In this document: piece by piece, positions 36,426 to 39,931 of the stretch
How positions within the stretch are numbered: position 1 is the stretch's first letter
Layout: each line of letters starts with the position of its first letter
From: Halolamina sp.
GTDB taxonomy: Archaea; Halobacteriota; Halobacteria; Halobacteriales; Haloferacaceae
Length of the DNA: 39,931 nt
Assembly (NCBI GenBank): GCA_042219375.1
Contig: JBDGQC010000001.1
Span: 1,377-41,307 of the forward strand
Direction: 5' to 3'
Program-made: the position numbers and the translations under genes
The notes under the pieces: model-generated
What the model saw: the letters and a program-made list of their open reading frames with translations, nothing else
Database searches by the model: none
Told to the model about the DNA's origin: nothing

Positions 36426-37394
36426 GTGAAGCGGGACACCGCGCTGGCGCTCGTCCTCGCGCTGCTTGCCCTCCTCGCCATCGGCATCGCCGCAGCGACG
36501 CTGGACAACCCGGTCAGTAGCTCCGGCGACGGCTTCGGCTCCGGGAGCGGCGGCGGCATCGGCAGCGGTGCCGGGGAGCAGACCGAAACCGAGCGGAACA
36601 GCTCGCCGAGCCTCGGGATACCGGGCCTGGAGGAAGGAAAACTCGAGGCACCGGCCCCCTGTTACGACCACCTCGACACGCTGCCGGTGAAACTCGCCAT
36701 CGTGCTGGCAATCCTCGCCATCGGCGCCATCGCGGCGTATCTCTCCGAGGTTCCGGTGCTCGGTGTCGCCATCATCGGCCCACTCTCGGTGTTCACCTAC
36801 ACCATCTTCCTGATACTGACGACCTGTGGCACGCTGGAGCTGAATTTCGGCGGCGGAATCGGTCTCGGCGCCGGCCAGCAGGGCGCCAACAACAGTACGG
36901 CGGGTGGGTCGATGGGCGACGCCGCCGACGCCGTGGCCAGCCAGCCCTCGATACTGCTCGGCATCGTGCTCGTGGTGCTGGTCGGCGCCGCGGTGCTCCT
37001 GCTGTTTGTCGCGACCGGTGACGCCGGCGAGGAGCCCGAGGAGACCGAAGAGATGCCGTCCGAGCCGGAGATGCCGGACATCGGCGCCATCGGGCGGGCC
37101 GCCGGCGACGCCGCCGACCGCATCGTGGGAGAGGCCGACGCCGAGAACGAGGTGTACCGCGCCTGGGCAGAGATGACCGACTACCTGGCCGTCGAGGGGC
37201 CCGAATCGAGCACGCCGGCCGAGTTCGCCGAGGCCGCCATCGACGCCGGGATGGCGCCCGACGACGTGCGGGAACTGACGGACCTGTTCGAGGCTGTCAG
37301 ATACGGAACCGAGGAGGCGACCGCGGACCGCGAGGCGCGGGCGGTGGCCGCGCTCCGGCGCGTCGAGGACGGCTACGCGGAGGGGGAGGAGTGA
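36426..37394 (+). CDS. DUF4129-domain membrane protein
   Basis: Several TMs, then NEVYRAW, TPAEFA, LTDLFEAVRYG. Confidence 0.85.
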   Translation: MKRDTALALVLALLALLAIGIAAATLDNPVSSSGDGFGSGSGGGIGSGAGEQTETERNSSPSLGIPGLEEGKLEAPAPCYDHLDTLPVKLAIVLAILAIGAIAAYLSEVPVLGVAIIGPLSVFTYTIFLILTTCGTLELNFGGGIGLGAGQQGANNSTAGGSMGDAADAVASQPSILLGIVLVVLVGAAVLLLFVATGDAGEEPEETEEMPSEPEMPDIGAIGRAAGDAADRIVGEADAENEVYRAWAEMTDYLAVEGPESSTPAEFAEAAIDAGMAPDDVRELTDLFEAVRYGTEEATADREARAVAALRRVEDGYAEGEE

Positions 37395-37954
37395 AGCTCC
37401 GGCTCTCGGCCGTCATCGGCGCGCTCGCGGTGCTGACCGGCCTGCTGTTCATCGTCCGGCGGGAGTTCGCCGCCGCCATCTCGCTGGAGTGGACGTTCGT
37501 GGTGCTCGTGGCCGTAATCGCCGGGGTGCAGGCGCTCCGGTTCGTCCAGACGCGTCGGCAGACACCGCTGGAGGCGACCGAAACCGCCGACCCGGAGCGG
37601 CGATACGACGCCCCGACCCCCGGCGACGATGCCGACGAGGCGCTCGGGGTCGCCCGGGGCTGGTCGCGGCGTGGGCGGCGGTTGCGGAAACGGCTCCGCG
37701 AGCGCGCGGGGGACGCAGCGACGGCAGCAATCATGGACGTGACCGGCTGTTCGCACGCGGAGGCCGCCCGCCGGGTTCGGACCGGCGAGTGGACCGACGA
37801 CCCGGTGGCGGCGTGGTTCCTGAGCGACTCCGTCGAACTCCCCCCGAAGGAGCGACTGCGGATGCTGGTCGGGTCGCCGCTCTCCCGGTTCGGAACCGCG
37901 TTCGACCGAACCGTCCGGGCCGTCGAAGCGCTGAGCGGGGGTGAGGAGCCGTGA
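37391..37954 (+). CDS. Conserved haloarchaeal membrane protein (DUF7269-like)
   Basis: Two N-terminal TMs; GEWTDDPVAAWFL motif; GTGA overlaps on both sides. Confidence 0.8.
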   Translation: MKLRLSAVIGALAVLTGLLFIVRREFAAAISLEWTFVVLVAVIAGVQALRFVQTRRQTPLEATETADPERRYDAPTPGDDADEALGVARGWSRRGRRLRKRLRERAGDAATAAIMDVTGCSHAEAARRVRTGEWTDDPVAAWFLSDSVELPPKERLRMLVGSPLSRFGTAFDRTVRAVEALSGGEEP

Positions 37955-39222
37955 TTCGCCGGCCGTTCGACACCGAACACTGGACGGGCATCGGCGCGCT
38001 GGCGCTGGCAGCGTTGGCCGTCGGCCTCCCGCTGCGACAGGAGGGGCTCTTTCTGGTCGCGCTGGTCGGCGTCGGCTTCGCCGCCTACGCGAACATCGGC
38101 GAGGTGCCGAAGCCGGAACTCACGGTCACTCGGGAGCTTTCGGACCCCAGCCCCGCCGCCGATGACGAGGTGACGGTGACGGTCACCGTCACCAACGACG
38201 GCGAGTCGACCCTGCCGGACCTCCGTCTGGTGGACGGTGTCCCCCCGGGACTCGCCGTGACCGACGGGACGGCCCGCCTCGCGACGGCGCTCCGGCCCGG
38301 GAAACGCGCGACCTACAGTTACACGGTGACGGCGGTCCGGGGGACCCACGAGTGGGACCCGTTGACCGCCATCGTTCGGAACGCCAGCGGGTCGCGTGAG
38401 CGGGCCATCGAAACGAGCGCGGAAACCACGCTCCGTTGTCTGCCGGAGCTCTCGTCGACGACGGACCTGCCGCTGCGCGGGTTGACGACGCCCTACGCCG
38501 GCCAGGTGGCCACGGAGGTGGCGGGAGCGGGTATCGAATTCCACTCCACACGGCGCTACCGACACGGCGACCCGCTCTCCAGAGTTGACTGGAACCGCTA
38601 CGCCCGGACCGGCGAGCTATCGACGCTCTCGTTCCGGGAGGAGCGGGCGGCGACGGTGGTGCTGCTGATTGATTCTCGGGAGGAGGCGTACGTTTCGCCG
38701 GACGAGGAGTCGGAGAACGCCGTCGAACGGAGTGTCGAGGCCGCGGGCGAGGCGTTCTCGGCGCTGCTCGCGACCGGCGACCGCATCGGTATCGCCAGCT
38801 ACGGCCCGGAGGAGTGCTGGCTCCCGCCCAACACCGGCGAGCGTCACCGCGCGGAGGCGCGCCGGCTGCTCGGCTCCCACCCGGCGTTCTCGGTATCGCC
38901 GACCGAGAACCCGTTCTACCCCTCTATCGCGCTCCGACGGCTCCGCCGACGCCTCCCCGCGGACGCACAGGTGGTGCTGTTCACCCCCGTCGTCGACGAT
39001 TACCTCGTGACCGTCGCCAAGCGCCTGGACGCCTACGGCCACAACGTGACGGTCATCAGCCCGGACCCGACGACTACGGACACGCCGGGCCACCGCATCG
39101 CGCATGTCGAGCGCCGTGCGCGCCTGCGGGACCTCCGTAACGGCGGCCTCCGGGTGCTGGACTGGGGTGACCGCCCGCTGGCTGTCGAGTTGACACGGGC
39201 GAGCGAACGGTGGAACCGATGA
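37951..39222 (+). CDS. DUF58 domain protein (MoxR-associated, VWA-like)
   Basis: DLRLVDGVP, GIEFHSTRRYRHGDPLSRVDWNRYARTG, FREER, VLLIDSR, GDRIG. Confidence 0.9.
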   Translation: MIRRPFDTEHWTGIGALALAALAVGLPLRQEGLFLVALVGVGFAAYANIGEVPKPELTVTRELSDPSPAADDEVTVTVTVTNDGESTLPDLRLVDGVPPGLAVTDGTARLATALRPGKRATYSYTVTAVRGTHEWDPLTAIVRNASGSRERAIETSAETTLRCLPELSSTTDLPLRGLTTPYAGQVATEVAGAGIEFHSTRRYRHGDPLSRVDWNRYARTGELSTLSFREERAATVVLLIDSREEAYVSPDEESENAVERSVEAAGEAFSALLATGDRIGIASYGPEECWLPPNTGERHRAEARRLLGSHPAFSVSPTENPFYPSIALRRLRRRLPADAQVVLFTPVVDDYLVTVAKRLDAYGHNVTVISPDPTTTDTPGHRIAHVERRARLRDLRNGGLRVLDWGDRPLAVELTRASERWNR

Positions 39223-39716
39223 CGAACGAAATCACCCGCCGGCCCTCCCGGTTCGGCATCGGACTCGCGCTCTCGTTCGCGATGGTGTCGGTCGTCGCCA
39301 CGGCGGTCGCCTCGGTGGCCGGCGCCGCCGCCGCGCTGGTCGGGACGCTCCTGCTCGGCATCGGGCTGACGGCGGCGTCACAGCGCGCCGTCACCACGGC
39401 GGGGGCGCTGCTCATCGTCGGCGTGCTCTACGCGGGGTACGCCGGCGGTTCGCCGGAACCGCTGTTGGTGGGCGCGTTGGCGGGCGTGCTTGCGTGGGAC
39501 GCCGGAAGCAACGCCGTCGCAATCGGCGCCCAACTCGGTCGCGAGACGCCGACGATGCGGGCCGAAACGGTCCACAGCGCCGCTTCGCTGGCCGTGGGTG
39601 CGCTCTCGGTCGTCGTCGGCTACGCGGTGTTCGCGGCCGCGGCCGGGAGCCAGCCGCTGGCCGCGCTCCTGCTGCTGGCCGGGGGGGCGGTGGCGCTGGT
39701 GAGCGCGCTGCGCTGA
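39219..39716 (+). CDS. Hydrophobic membrane protein (DUF7519-like)
   Basis: ATGA overlap; AWDAG.NA..IG.QLGR...T.RAE..H motif. Confidence 0.8.
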   Translation: MTNEITRRPSRFGIGLALSFAMVSVVATAVASVAGAAAALVGTLLLGIGLTAASQRAVTTAGALLIVGVLYAGYAGGSPEPLLVGALAGVLAWDAGSNAVAIGAQLGRETPTMRAETVHSAASLAVGALSVVVGYAVFAAAAGSQPLAALLLLAGGAVALVSALR

Positions 39717-39757
39717 ACCGTAACCGATTAACGGGAGCGGGGCGGAGTGGGTGGTGA

Positions 39758-39842
39758 GCCGAGGTAGCCTAGCCTGGCCAAGGCGGTAGATTCGAAATCT
39801 ACTGTCCTCACGGACTCAGGGGTTCAAATCCCTTCCTCGGCG
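39758..39842 (+). tRNA. tRNA-Ser (anticodon CGA)
   Basis: Acceptor stem GCCGAGG/CCTCGGC + discriminator G, anticodon arm GTAGA-TTCGAAA-TCTAC, long variable arm GTCC-TCAC-GGAC, T arm with TTCAAAT loop; no encoded CCA. Confidence 0.95.
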
Positions 39843-39850
39843 CTTCTCCC

Positions 39851-39903
39851 GGAACCACGCCGGCGAGCGACGCGTCTCGTCGCGTCGTGACGCCGGCCGT
39901 TCC
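39851..39903. repeat. Imperfect GC-rich hairpin immediately downstream of the tRNA
   Basis: Nested arms GGAAC/GTTCC, GCCGGCG/CGCCGGC and CGACGCG/CGCGTCG. Confidence 0.75.
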
Positions 39904-39931
39904 AGGTGAAAGCCACACGAAGGGATTTGAA

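Noticed and set aside
1-39931. CRISPR array, transposase, integrase or a direct tRNA-derived att repeat
   Set aside because: No regularly spaced repeats, no recombinase or transposase motifs, and no direct copy of the tRNA 3' end were seen by eye.

Overview
High-GC haloarchaeal (Halobacteria-like) chromosomal window: acidic proteins, TFB, PGF-CTERM, a Tat lipoprotein and mostly leaderless genes. Layout from left to right: (1) a 5'-incomplete secreted S8 protease and a PGF-pre-PGF/PGF-CTERM surface protein. (2) A ~12.5 kb visibly lower-GC metal-homeostasis island (~4258-16711) with no integrase or transposase, bracketed by a frameshifted, truncated solA copy and an intact, diverged solA. It carries its own TFB, a wHTH plus small membrane protein pair, an arylsulfotransferase-like protein, two uncharacterised His/Cys membrane proteins, a membrane-anchored C2H2 finger, a ZIP transporter, a P1B-2 ATPase, a CDF, and remnants of two regulators (ArsR-like and SirR/DtxR-like, the latter with an operator-like box). 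(3) solA plus acetamidase/formamidase, then a patch of decayed genes and a GT2. (4) A divergent amine/polyamine catabolic cluster: two FAD oxidoreductase paralogs, a class-III aminotransferase, a pentein (DDAH-like) protein lacking its catalytic Cys and coupled to Lrp, PotBCDA, aldehyde:ferredoxin oxidoreductase, ALDH and Zn-ADH, with a recurring TTCGG/CCGAA motif in its promoters. (5) A DUF4129/DUF58 membrane module without MoxR, and tRNA-Ser(CGA) whose 3' end is part of a long hairpin. All family calls come from motif recognition by eye; no database search was run.
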